Source: a virus. From it: DNA of 64,000 nt. The notes under the pieces were generated by a model. That model was not told where the DNA came from. It did no database searches and saw only the letters and a list, made by a program, of their open reading frames with translations. The stretch covers positions 2,784 to 66,783 of IMG/VR virus record IMGVR_UViG_3300021185_001264; one strand, given 5' to 3'. The position numbers were made by a program, and so were the translations under genes. Shown here piece by piece: positions 20,947 through 31,082 of this stretch (its first letter is position 1; every line of letters starts with the position of its first letter).

Positions 20947-21124
20947 TGGTTATCTCTTTGCATGTTTTTTGTAGTGTTAGTACTACTAATTCTAGATTAT
21001 TTAGTCGAGCTTCCAGAGACTTAATCGTTTTAGTCTGCTCAATTCTTGCCTTAGCTGATCTAAAGGCTGATAAATCCTTGCTGACAACTCCAGCTTCTCT
21101 TCTGATGTATACTTCGTCTATCAT
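20939..21124 (-). CDS. Small coiled-coil hypothetical protein
   Basis: 61 aa, overlapping the start/stop of both neighbours (translational coupling). Confidence 0.55.
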   Translation of the reverse strand: MIDEVYIRREAGVVSKDLSAFRSAKARIEQTKTIKSLEARLNNLELVVLTLQKTCKEITNE

Positions 21125-24100
21125 GTCAGTGCAATCGCTCTATAGTCGTAAATGTGTGCAAAAATGTTTTCTGCTGTTGAAAGAGGCAATGCTGAATTTA
21201 ATGGATCTTTTAAATCGAGAGTATTGATTTCACTAGTAGTCGCATGTCTAATCTCAAACTTTAATTGAAAACTGCTATAGTCCTTACTCGCATTGCTTAA
21301 CTCTGTAAGATCATATTGGAACTCTCTATAGTCTGAAGTGTTTGATTGATTAGAGTACATATCTTCGTTAGAGTTTACCAACTTAATCCAATCACTTTGA
21401 ACCTCAGCATCAGTGAGATACACAAGTCTAGCATACACATCTACAAATGTACCAGCCGGTCTGTATGCACTTAAGTATACCCTAAGTCCCCTAGCGTCTA
21501 TCTCTTCTTGCAGAATAACTTCTTTAGTTACCCAACTCGAAGTTGATGCACTAGAATCTGAAATTTTATATTTATAGACGTTTAGTATAGACAGATCAGG
21601 ATCAACAATAGGAGTTGCTGCCTGATATCCACTATTACTCATATTGACTCTAATCTTGAAGTCATCTGTAGGAGCACTATCGGTAACAACAATATTCGAT
21701 GTGCTATTAATAACACGTAACTTATTCGTATTGTATACATTACCGTTGTATGGTATTTTTTTATCTATTCCCTGATCATCGTATAGAACTAACTCTGTTG
21801 AAGTTCTAGCAGTATTACTCACTAGAATTTGAGGCTGAAAGTATGATACGGGCTCATTATCTACTGAAGCAATGGTTGTCACTGTACCTGTTCTATATCC
21901 AGTTAGTATTTCTCCCGCCGCAAATATATTACCTCTTTTAGCAGAACTCTTCCGCAAGAACACTCTATCGTTTCTTCTTTTGTTAAAGTATGATATTCTA
22001 CCAGCAACTGCAAGTGTCGCTGTAGTACCTGTATTGCTATTTGTAGAGTTGTATGCCGTGCGAATAGTAATCTCATTTCCTGAATTATTAACCGATTCAA
22101 CTTCAGATAAGAATACGTTATTACCACTCTCAAGTAATATATAATCGCCTATAGCAAATACGCTTGATCCTTGAATCGTAACAGTACGATTATTAACTCC
22201 ACAATCGTATGAAATATTCTTTTTAACATATGCTAGTTCATCGATTCTAAAGCCTCCAGTTGTGTTGTTAACTGTAAGAAATTCTACGTCATTAGGAGAT
22301 AAGTCAACCCAACCTGGACCTGCTTGATGTTGATATCTCTTCAGTGTAAACTTAATGTCTTCATCTTGATAAGATTTCCAAGCACTATCGTTTGTAGATG
22401 TAAACAGAACTCCATCACCCCAATCGTTAGTTATTGATGCGCCTGTTGTTAAATCATTGCCGCCAACCTTAGATGTAAATACTAAGAAATCTGGCGAGTT
22501 AGCATCCGGAATAATAACAAAACAATATTCTTTGTTAGTATTAAGTTTCACTGGATTTTTAAATTCGAATGAAGTAACTACTGAGCCGTTATCAGACGTA
22601 TTAATTTGACTAGGGCGTAAATGCTTTGTTCCGAAAGGAAGAGTAGCCGAAGATGGATACCCATTCACAACTTCCCTCAATTCAAGTGTTACGCCTACGC
22701 TTGTAGATTTGGATTTAAAATAAACATCTACACTACTAATCATAGACATATTTGCACCTAAAGCTTGTGCGGGTCTAACTATGAAAGTTTGTGCAAGAGG
22801 ATCTCCTCCTTCTTGCCATCGTCTAGTAAACGATCTAGTTGTAACATTTCTTTCTATATCGAAAGTAGGTGTACGAGTAGTTTGAGTTAGATCAGATTTA
22901 TTTACTTCAAAGTTATACGCCCTATAGATTGCTTTAGTGTATGAAGTCTTACCACTATCGATGCTTGAATACTGATCAACGTCAACTATTTCGATTGATC
23001 GTTCACCGACAAAGAATGTAGCTTCAGGTATCACAAATAATGCCGCAAGAGTTCCTTCTGCGTCTGTACGAACAGCTCCTCCAAGAATACCTAAACCTCC
23101 ACCTTGTACGTCCACTTCACTAACATTGTACTCTAATTTAGACCCAATGACAGTAGGATTAACTTCACCAGGATAAACGTGATCATTAATTGCAGTGCCA
23201 TCTAAGAAGAAGTAATGTCTTGTGTTTGGTCTCAGACCAGTTACGAGTATTTTAACTTCTCTTGATTGAATATAAGGAGACATAGTAACATCCGTCACAA
23301 AGTTTCCTACGGCGCTAGTAGTAGTTTGGCTATCACCCGCAACTAAGCTGGTAGAAGTTGTCGTAGTTGTCGTAGTCTGAGCGAATGAATTTCCATTCTG
23401 CACAATAGCACCAGTAATAGAATTTACTTGCTCTCTAGTTAAAGGAAGAACTTCTTGAAGATTGTCAACTAAATCTAAAAGAGGAGTTGCAATATCGATC
23501 TCTAAATTGATAGCTGGATTCTGAATAACATCATAACCAGCATCAAACGGAGGATCGATTGCCGCTTTGCCTCTGAAGTTATAGAAGTTAGATACACAGT
23601 TTCTAAAGTTTGTCGCAAAAGGCTGATTAATTACAGTAATACGACTTCCCTCATCGCCCAATGTAACTACGTCTTGGTATACATTTGCTCCCTGTGAAGC
23701 ATTTACCTTAAGATCAATTGGGAACTGTGTGACTGCAGGAGTTGCAACAGTTCTAGACTTATCGACAGCGGCGCCAAATTCAGGATCTGCTACATCGCCT
23801 ACAGCAAGACTCTTAAAGCTGTCTACAAGAATACCATTCTTAAATCTATTAAGTCCGTCTCCATCTGGAATAAACAGACTATTCGTTTCGGCTTCTAATA
23901 AGCTGAGTGTAACTAAATCAGTAAGTCTGTCGATCTTCTGCTCTATGCCACCAATATCTTTCATCGTGTAGTTTTTGTTAGTTACATCTACAACACGGAT
24001 TGGATTGTTACCTGTAATCTTAGTGACATTACCAGGAACATAGATATTACTTAATGCGTATAGTCCAGGTATGTCCGGAATACTTGGATTCTCAGATTCG

Positions 24101-26403
24101 CCACCTTTGTATATAATTGTATCTCCGAACTCATCTAGCACAACACTGTCAATACGTGACATGTAGTAAGACTGATTCGATATAATCAGAGACTCGTAAG
24201 AAGGAGAAACTCCAGCTGTTATGGAATACGTCAACGAATTGACAGTCGAAGCGCCAGCGGCACTGAGCGCATAAGAAGCCGAAGGCTGTTTATAAGGTCT
24301 GAAGTCAAAAGAGTTTACTAGATTATATACTTTTCCATCTTTACTTTCAAAATTCTTGACTAAATTTTTATTAGTAAGTGAACTGTAACTATTCGCAGTT
24401 AAGTATCCACTACCTTGAGTTGATTGTCTACGTAAAACTTTTACTTTTACTTTGAGTGTGTTATTAGCTAACGTTTCACCTGCTTTAAGTGTGATGAACG
24501 AGTGGTCGTATAGATGCTCTTTCTGATTGTTAACTAATTTAAATTTGCTAGTAACGTCTACAGAAGGTGTACGTCCGTCCATAACTTCAAGAAGCTGTAT
24601 GGCATTAGGTAGACCAAGTGACGCCATATTAGGAACGCCAAAGGCTCCCGTTCCATCTAAGTCGTAAGATGTGTTGACGTAGACATCGAGTTCTTGAAAT
24701 ACGTCTGCTTGTGTTGATGATACTAGTGCATCGAAATATACAAACTCTACATTTGCACCTCCGATCTTAGTAAATGAGATCGTTAAGTCACCTGTACCCT
24801 CATTCGCATTTGCAAAAGAGCGAGAACATGCTACTATCTTATTATTCGAATCAACTGCATATATAGACGAATTGGAAAGAGGTCTGAAGTCTGAAGTGTT
24901 TCCGACAATAATACTAGTACCAGTGCCTATTCCACCTAGCCTTACTCTTTTCGTAAAGGTAACATTTGATATGGAATTAATGCTTCCTTTTCCAGCATCA
25001 AATATTTTTGGTCCACCACTAGTTTCATGTAATTTTCCACTGCTTTGCAGATCAACGAATGCGGATCCAGTTCCTAGTCTTGTAGGAGAGGCATTCTTCT
25101 GCGAAGCTTCTTTCTTTATATTATAAACGAATATTTTACCTAAAGTGCCAGTAGTTGCTGGAACTATGTTAGAAATAGAGCATGACCCTATAAGAGTTGA
25201 GCCATTATAGAGTGGGTATACCGTACCATCTATAGCAAAATCATTAAGTACTTGACCTACCGTTGAAGTGTAATGAAAGTATTGTCCGTATCGTGAGGTA
25301 GTGTACTGCACATTTTTAGTTTGTGTGGCAGTAACAGGATCGATTAATAGTTTTCTAGCGGATACGTTAGTAGTCTCACGTCCAAATACATAAGCTTTAC
25401 CTGGAGACACGACTGCATAAGAATTGCTTCCCTCTTGATCAAGCGTCACTTTAAGTCCATGTGTTACATAGTTACCAGACTCATCGTAAGTTCTACGTGC
25501 AAGTTCATCTCCCAATACGTTGAATTCGGTTCTATCACGAATTCGTACTGCTTCACCTCCAACATATCTAACTAGAGCAAAGAACTCTTCCGGCTCTGTA
25601 GCAGTTGGATAAGTTACAAGTTGAGGCACTAACTGAAGTCTGTCTGCGCCTGGTGCGTTTTCATTATTAAAGCCAGCGGCATTGTCTAACAGAGTAGTAT
25701 CTTGATTAGAGTTGATTAAATTTTCAGCGACAGTAAAGCCAACTGAAGATGCTCCAGGAATATTAGAGTACTTTGATACGATGATGAATTGATTATCAAC
25801 AAAGATAAAGTGTCCTTTCTGATAGACAACACCCTCTTCACATGAAACCCCAAACGATCTACCAGCGTGGGCTGACACGGTAGCTACAGTCACAACTAAT
25901 TGCTGTGCTCCTGAGGAATCTTTAATGATTAAAGGCTCACCTTGCGAAAATTGCTTGACATCAGAAGAGCTGGAGTTTGGCACTGCCACATCATCAAAGC
26001 CAATATAGTTGATATAAAAAGTTTTGAGATCGGGATCTTGAGTTTGAAAGCCATTCTCGCCTAGAATAATTTCAGCTACAAGTCCAGTTGCAGTACCAGT
26101 TACGGTGTATATTTCTGAATCGGTTTGGTTATATAGTGCTGGATTTTCAAACCCAGCAACATCATTAAGCTTCACATAAAAAATATCTGGACGTGAAGTG
26201 ATGTTGATACCACTAATAACTGTACCTTCTTTATATACGTTTGATCCAAAGCGTTCAACCTGCTTCTGAAGAATAGTTTGTAGTTGTGTCAATTCACGTG
26301 CTTGTACGGCCTTTGCTGGCTTAAACAGAATACGGTTAAACTGTTTAGCTTCACTAAAATCGTCATAGTACGGATCAACATTTAAGTCTGTATTAATGCC
26401 CAT
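21121..26403 (-). CDS. Large T4-like virion structural protein (DUF4815/VrlC-like)
   Basis: N-terminus NTDLNVDPYYDDF...RILFKP...QARELTQLQTILQ; NRFKNGILVDSF and DPLAQTF motifs; position next to gp8. Confidence 0.8.
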   Translation of the reverse strand: MGINTDLNVDPYYDDFSEAKQFNRILFKPAKAVQARELTQLQTILQKQVERFGSNVYKEGTVISGINITSRPDIFYVKLNDVAGFENPALYNQTDSEIYTVTGTATGLVAEIILGENGFQTQDPDLKTFYINYIGFDDVAVPNSSSSDVKQFSQGEPLIIKDSSGAQQLVVTVATVSAHAGRSFGVSCEEGVVYQKGHFIFVDNQFIIVSKYSNIPGASSVGFTVAENLINSNQDTTLLDNAAGFNNENAPGADRLQLVPQLVTYPTATEPEEFFALVRYVGGEAVRIRDRTEFNVLGDELARRTYDESGNYVTHGLKVTLDQEGSNSYAVVSPGKAYVFGRETTNVSARKLLIDPVTATQTKNVQYTTSRYGQYFHYTSTVGQVLNDFAIDGTVYPLYNGSTLIGSCSISNIVPATTGTLGKIFVYNIKKEASQKNASPTRLGTGSAFVDLQSSGKLHETSGGPKIFDAGKGSINSISNVTFTKRVRLGGIGTGTSIIVGNTSDFRPLSNSSIYAVDSNNKIVACSRSFANANEGTGDLTISFTKIGGANVEFVYFDALVSSTQADVFQELDVYVNTSYDLDGTGAFGVPNMASLGLPNAIQLLEVMDGRTPSVDVTSKFKLVNNQKEHLYDHSFITLKAGETLANNTLKVKVKVLRRQSTQGSGYLTANSYSSLTNKNLVKNFESKDGKVYNLVNSFDFRPYKQPSASYALSAAGASTVNSLTYSITAGVSPSYESLIISNQSYYMSRIDSVVLDEFGDTIIYKGGESENPSIPDIPGLYALSNIYVPGNVTKITGNNPIRVVDVTNKNYTMKDIGGIEQKIDRLTDLVTLSLLEAETNSLFIPDGDGLNRFKNGILVDSFKSLAVGDVADPEFGAAVDKSRTVATPAVTQFPIDLKVNASQGANVYQDVVTLGDEGSRITVINQPFATNFRNCVSNFYNFRGKAAIDPPFDAGYDVIQNPAINLEIDIATPLLDLVDNLQEVLPLTREQVNSITGAIVQNGNSFAQTTTTTTTSTSLVAGDSQTTTSAVGNFVTDVTMSPYIQSREVKILVTGLRPNTRHYFFLDGTAINDHVYPGEVNPTVIGSKLEYNVSEVDVQGGGLGILGGAVRTDAEGTLAALFVIPEATFFVGERSIEIVDVDQYSSIDSGKTSYTKAIYRAYNFEVNKSDLTQTTRTPTFDIERNVTTRSFTRRWQEGGDPLAQTFIVRPAQALGANMSMISSVDVYFKSKSTSVGVTLELREVVNGYPSSATLPFGTKHLRPSQINTSDNGSVVTSFEFKNPVKLNTNKEYCFVIIPDANSPDFLVFTSKVGGNDLTTGASITNDWGDGVLFTSTNDSAWKSYQDEDIKFTLKRYQHQAGPGWVDLSPNDVEFLTVNNTTGGFRIDELAYVKKNISYDCGVNNRTVTIQGSSVFAIGDYILLESGNNVFLSEVESVNNSGNEITIRTAYNSTNSNTGTTATLAVAGRISYFNKRRNDRVFLRKSSAKRGNIFAAGEILTGYRTGTVTTIASVDNEPVSYFQPQILVSNTARTSTELVLYDDQGIDKKIPYNGNVYNTNKLRVINSTSNIVVTDSAPTDDFKIRVNMSNSGYQAATPIVDPDLSILNVYKYKISDSSASTSSWVTKEVILQEEIDARGLRVYLSAYRPAGTFVDVYARLVYLTDAEVQSDWIKLVNSNEDMYSNQSNTSDYREFQYDLTELSNASKDYSSFQLKFEIRHATTSEINTLDLKDPLNSALPLSTAENIFAHIYDYRAIALT

Positions 26404-26417
26404 GTGTTACTCTTTTC

Positions 26418-28253
26418 CTAGAAGTCGAAAATAAATTTAATTTTTTCTTTACGTGCGGCTTGTCTCTGAATGGGATCGAAGTCTACAAAATGTAAGACTT
26501 TTCCGCTATATGGAGAATAGTTACCGTACGTAACGTCTGTACTAGCATTATTTATATTAAGCGTAGTACTACTTGTATCACTCAAACTGTCTTTTACTTT
26601 AATGCTACCAGTTTGAAATTTGTTCTTAAAGTTTCCTGTGTAGTCCACAAGATAGATTTTTGTTTTGGTGGTGGTTGTAGAATAAACACTCTCATGAATT
26701 CTCGCTACTATTGTTTCGCTATTAGATGAATCTAATGCAACTGTTTGCGTGACATACTTTCCAGCAACGGCACCTGATCTCTGATCGCCTGCAATAGTAA
26801 TAACTGCTCTGTTATCAAATCCTGTGGGTAATGTGTTGTCAATGAAAGAAGGATTTTTGACAAGTCCTACTTTTGTATATGTGTTAGCATTTGGAATTGC
26901 TATATCATCACCCGAGAAGTTTGTTATTACAGACAATCTACTCATCGATAGTTCAGATATCATATCTGATCCGTGACCACCAGGAGGAGAAATTACGCAT
27001 CTAAGAGTTGCGGCTGTATCAGGAGTGTATAGATTCGAAAGACCGCTAGGCAAAGCCAGAGTAGCAGTAGCGTACTTATATTCATCGCCTCTACTCTTGA
27101 AAGATATTCTCTTTAGTGTACCGAACTGATCTATAATGCCATATGCAATACTAGGAGTGCCAGTAGAAGTGCTTTGTGTTACATCGATTTTGGGTACAAG
27201 TTGAAAAGTGAAAGCATCGAAAGCATCGAAAGAACTTATAGTTGAGTTAATTAAAACTTTAATTGTTTTATTGTCTGCTGTCGTACTACTCAAAACATCA
27301 TATACGGTAACTCCATTAAATGTGTTTACACTGTCCCCTTTGCTGGTTTGCACTAGATACATATTTGTATATGAATCAGTTCCACTGTCGAGTGTAAGTC
27401 CAGATTTAGGAATAATTTCTAAAGTTAATTCTTTAACATTAGAAGTTGATGTTCCAGTAAAGCCTTTGAGTTTAACAGTGCTTGTGTCATTAGCTATTTC
27501 TGGATCACCAAATCTGTAACCAGAAAATAAGTTAGTAACAGTATCCTCGATAATAATCTGCGAAATGCTTTCTTTAGCAGCCGCAATTACTTTAGGGTCT
27601 CCATATGAAGGATAAGGCAATGGTAAACTATCATCAGTGCCAAAAACTCTATCGTCTGCTCTTCGTACAGTAAAAAGATATTTCCAGACATATCCATCCG
27701 CTGAATATATTTGCTCGTAAGAAGTAGCATCTATGCCATTAAAAGTAGGAGATGATGTTGAAGGAGAACCATTATTATTTTCAATGCATTTGAACACTTC
27801 ATAATCAAGTTCAGCATTCGATACAGTTACGATACTATTTAAAGTTGAAGTATCTTGAGTGTCATCAAAGTCATCGTATACTGTACCAGTAGTCCAAGCA
27901 TTTTTATAAAACATATATCGAATGTTTTCATCTGTAACTTTGTTGCCAAAGATAACTCTTCTCTTAAAATCTCTTTGTTCTGATATAGTGTTTTTAATTG
28001 AACTTGCCTTATCGATACTCGATCCCATGATATAATAAGACGATACTGGAATATTCTCGTTAAGCTGTACTTCTACAATATCTTGTATTTGACCTTTCTG
28101 TGAGGTGCTTAAGGTTACGCCATTGTTATTAGCAACGTAAGAATCCAGACCCGCCAGAAAGTTTGTCGCAATCGTTTCGTTCTGACTCGTAAAGCTAGAG
28201 AATATTTCTTTTGCAGTCTCTACTCTAAAATTTTCTGTGATAATCTTTGCCAT
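26418..28253 (-). CDS. gp8: Baseplate wedge subunit gp8
   Basis: MAKIIT..FR start; VFKCI.NN.G..ST..P, DGYVWKYLF, ISPPGGHG and KEKIKFIFDF motifs. Confidence 0.85.
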   Translation of the reverse strand: MAKIITENFRVETAKEIFSSFTSQNETIATNFLAGLDSYVANNNGVTLSTSQKGQIQDIVEVQLNENIPVSSYYIMGSSIDKASSIKNTISEQRDFKRRVIFGNKVTDENIRYMFYKNAWTTGTVYDDFDDTQDTSTLNSIVTVSNAELDYEVFKCIENNNGSPSTSSPTFNGIDATSYEQIYSADGYVWKYLFTVRRADDRVFGTDDSLPLPYPSYGDPKVIAAAKESISQIIIEDTVTNLFSGYRFGDPEIANDTSTVKLKGFTGTSTSNVKELTLEIIPKSGLTLDSGTDSYTNMYLVQTSKGDSVNTFNGVTVYDVLSSTTADNKTIKVLINSTISSFDAFDAFTFQLVPKIDVTQSTSTGTPSIAYGIIDQFGTLKRISFKSRGDEYKYATATLALPSGLSNLYTPDTAATLRCVISPPGGHGSDMISELSMSRLSVITNFSGDDIAIPNANTYTKVGLVKNPSFIDNTLPTGFDNRAVITIAGDQRSGAVAGKYVTQTVALDSSNSETIVARIHESVYSTTTTKTKIYLVDYTGNFKNKFQTGSIKVKDSLSDTSSTTLNINNASTDVTYGNYSPYSGKVLHFVDFDPIQRQAARKEKIKFIFDF

Positions 28254-28262
28254 TATGTTACC

Positions 28263-31079
28263 TTAAGTTCCTATCGATGTCTCGATACTATCTGTTAATG
28301 ATGTATCGAGTTGAATTATTTGTGCTACAAGTTCGTCAGAACCAGTATATCCTGGTCGTACTGTAGTGACTGGAGGGTTATTGGTATCAGCATTAAACTC
28401 AGTCTTCATGTTCACAGATCCAGATCCTTCTGTCATTAAGTTCTCGTTACTTAGATTCCAAACTTGAAACTCTACATCAAGCGTACTGTTTAAATCATTA
28501 ACACTATTTATGAGAGGGGAACTGAAGACTTTTGTGCCCGCAACTCCAACAGTATCTTTAATTAGTGTGTTGTATAAATCAGGATCAATGATAGTTGATA
28601 TGTCGTAAGAGTATTCCTGATAATAGTCATTGTCATGTAAGTATTTAGAGTCATCGCTAAGAAAAGAAGTGCTTGATTTCCATTTACCTTCTGTCTTACC
28701 AATACCTAAAGTCCTTACTGTTGCCTTTGCTACTTCACTACCAGCTGAGTTTGTAATAGATACATCTTCTCCATCACTATATCTATAGCCCGTATTGTCT
28801 ATATTAATACTATCGATCTGTCCTTTTTCATAGCTTGCTTGACCAGATATGTTAGCATTTTTGCCCATTGGTAAAGAGTTGATATCTGGTCTAATTCCAG
28901 AGAGTGCATAAGCCTTACCCTTGATTGTTATAGTATACGCTTCATCGAAATCATAGAACGATAGTTGTCGGAAGTAAAAGTCGTTACCTTCTCTCTTTAG
29001 AAATCTTCCCTTTGCAGTATAGTAAACAATCTGATCATTTGTATTAGGAACAAAATCAGCATTTGGATTTTTTCCGAATTCTGGATCTTCTATCTGAACA
29101 ACTTGAGTTACTATATCTCCAGCTTCTAAGATAAAGTCTGGATTTGTGAATGTGATAATAGCGTCTCGCTTATCAAATCTTGATACGTCAATATATTCGA
29201 TCTCATTGAACACATCGTTAACGTAATTGAAACCAGTGTTTGTAGGATTAATCGCAGATATAGATCCAATAACAATTGCCTTTGATTTGAATGCATCTTC
29301 TAGTTTAGTGTTAAGAGTCTCTCCGTTAAAGTTCTGATACTCTTTATCACCACTCATGCCATAGTTAGTTGCGACAACATCAGTCACAGTACCATTACCT
29401 GTAGCAGTAGTACTATTTTTAATAAACCTTGTGCCTATATTAGCATTATCAGCACCAATAGCTGTAAAGTTTGTAGCAGTACCACCAACAGTTTCAATTT
29501 CGTAGATACCGCTTTCTACCATAGCACTAGCATTAATGATAACAGCAAGAGGCTTACTTGTAAAGTCTCCTATGAAATCTGTGATTACGTTCACGGGCTC
29601 TATGTCAGATATACTCGATATGTCAAATGTTCCGCTATCATTATACGCAGAGATAGTTGTAACTGGCACAGAATTATTATCTTCGACTTTGACGTTTACT
29701 GTCTCATCTGCGGCAAGTAAGTTGAACTTATATCCAAAACCACCAGCATAGATAGCAGGTAACAATCGATCTTCAATCCAGTTAGTCTGTGCAGAAGTCA
29801 AACTCTGACTCGTTCTATATTTTTCAAATAGATCAAGGTCAGCACTCGTAATGTAACTGTCAGATATAAAATCGTATCCGCTATTGCTTATGTCACCTAG
29901 TCTATAGTTAGTAGATAAATCTTCTGTCTCACGATTAAATATCGAAATCATCTTAGAGTTTACTGTCGAGCTACCACCAACAGCAAGACTCAATTGATCT
30001 TTTACGAACTGAAGAAACTGAGCCTTTGTTCTATCTTCTGTCTTGAAGTATAAGAGAGGATGATTATATGCTACAACTCTTCCTCCTCCACTAATCACAG
30101 TATTCTTTGATCCAGATGCGGCTTCCGCCAAAATGTAATTGCCTACTTTAATTGAAGCAATTGCTGTAGCGCCGCTTACAATCATAACCTGATTTGATGT
30201 CATCTTATCATTCAACGCTAACTTCTCAGCCTTCGTTGTATCATCTGCACTTGTCGAAGCAGTAGAGTATCCAAAGCCGCCATCTAAGAGGTCGAAGTCT
30301 ATCTTACCTGTTGTATTCGTTGATATAGTTCTTACTGTACCTGTAGCACTCGTACCTTGTTGAGGAGATATAAGTTTTATTTTATCACCAACACTCTGAC
30401 CAGATGTTCTTTGCGAAGGCTTGATATTCACTTCGCTGATAGAACCCGATAGAATTTTACCATAGTTATTTGTAACGCCTAGTCGAGTCACGAAAAAGCT
30501 GTCATCAGTAATAAACGTACCTGAAAGATTAGAGAGATACGTAATAGGAGTCAATGCACCCGAGAAGTTTACAAAGATAATATCGTCTACGAATCCAGAA
30601 GCATCTGAGATACTTCCTCGTAGCTTATCACCACGCTGAATAGGATAGTTTTCAACAGAGTTAACAGTCTTGAGTTCGAGATAAACAGCCCCACCCCATA
30701 TAGAGTCAGAAGGCTTGAGTATAGCGGTAGAGGGATAAAAGACTTCAATGTCTTCATCAAAGAACATACGGAACAATAGCCGTAAACTTTCTTCAGAACC
30801 TTTTCGCTTGTATAAGTCTTGAATATGTTTTATAATGAATCGTGTATCAACTACAGTATCAATAGGTAAAGACTGAAGATATTTCTTCTTAAAGAATACA
30901 AGAAAAGACGCAAGAGTAGTATCAATGTCACGGAGCTTAGGTACATTCCTATCCATGATAGATTCGTTATGCTCATAATAAGCTTTAACAAACTCTACGA
31001 GAAAGTCGCCTTCTTCCCTATATAGTGCTGGAAACTGATCAGCAATCGTGGGTGATATATGGTCTCTTACACTAAGCAT
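28263..31079 (-). CDS. gp7: Baseplate wedge initiator, gp7-like
   Basis: QFP..YRE....VEFVKAYYE, LY..KGSEES..LLFR, LHDNDYYQEYSY motifs; lies between gp6 and gp8. Confidence 0.7.
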   Translation of the reverse strand: MLSVRDHISPTIADQFPALYREEGDFLVEFVKAYYEHNESIMDRNVPKLRDIDTTLASFLVFFKKKYLQSLPIDTVVDTRFIIKHIQDLYKRKGSEESLRLLFRMFFDEDIEVFYPSTAILKPSDSIWGGAVYLELKTVNSVENYPIQRGDKLRGSISDASGFVDDIIFVNFSGALTPITYLSNLSGTFITDDSFFVTRLGVTNNYGKILSGSISEVNIKPSQRTSGQSVGDKIKLISPQQGTSATGTVRTISTNTTGKIDFDLLDGGFGYSTASTSADDTTKAEKLALNDKMTSNQVMIVSGATAIASIKVGNYILAEAASGSKNTVISGGGRVVAYNHPLLYFKTEDRTKAQFLQFVKDQLSLAVGGSSTVNSKMISIFNRETEDLSTNYRLGDISNSGYDFISDSYITSADLDLFEKYRTSQSLTSAQTNWIEDRLLPAIYAGGFGYKFNLLAADETVNVKVEDNNSVPVTTISAYNDSGTFDISSISDIEPVNVITDFIGDFTSKPLAVIINASAMVESGIYEIETVGGTATNFTAIGADNANIGTRFIKNSTTATGNGTVTDVVATNYGMSGDKEYQNFNGETLNTKLEDAFKSKAIVIGSISAINPTNTGFNYVNDVFNEIEYIDVSRFDKRDAIITFTNPDFILEAGDIVTQVVQIEDPEFGKNPNADFVPNTNDQIVYYTAKGRFLKREGNDFYFRQLSFYDFDEAYTITIKGKAYALSGIRPDINSLPMGKNANISGQASYEKGQIDSINIDNTGYRYSDGEDVSITNSAGSEVAKATVRTLGIGKTEGKWKSSTSFLSDDSKYLHDNDYYQEYSYDISTIIDPDLYNTLIKDTVGVAGTKVFSSPLINSVNDLNSTLDVEFQVWNLSNENLMTEGSGSVNMKTEFNADTNNPPVTTVRPGYTGSDELVAQIIQLDTSLTDSIETSIGT

Positions 31080-31082
31080 TCT

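Noticed and set aside
29830-29905. Dockerin/EF-hand-like GDISNSG...ITSADL in the gp7-like protein
   Set aside because: Spacing is interrupted by extra residues and there is a single copy; too weak to call.
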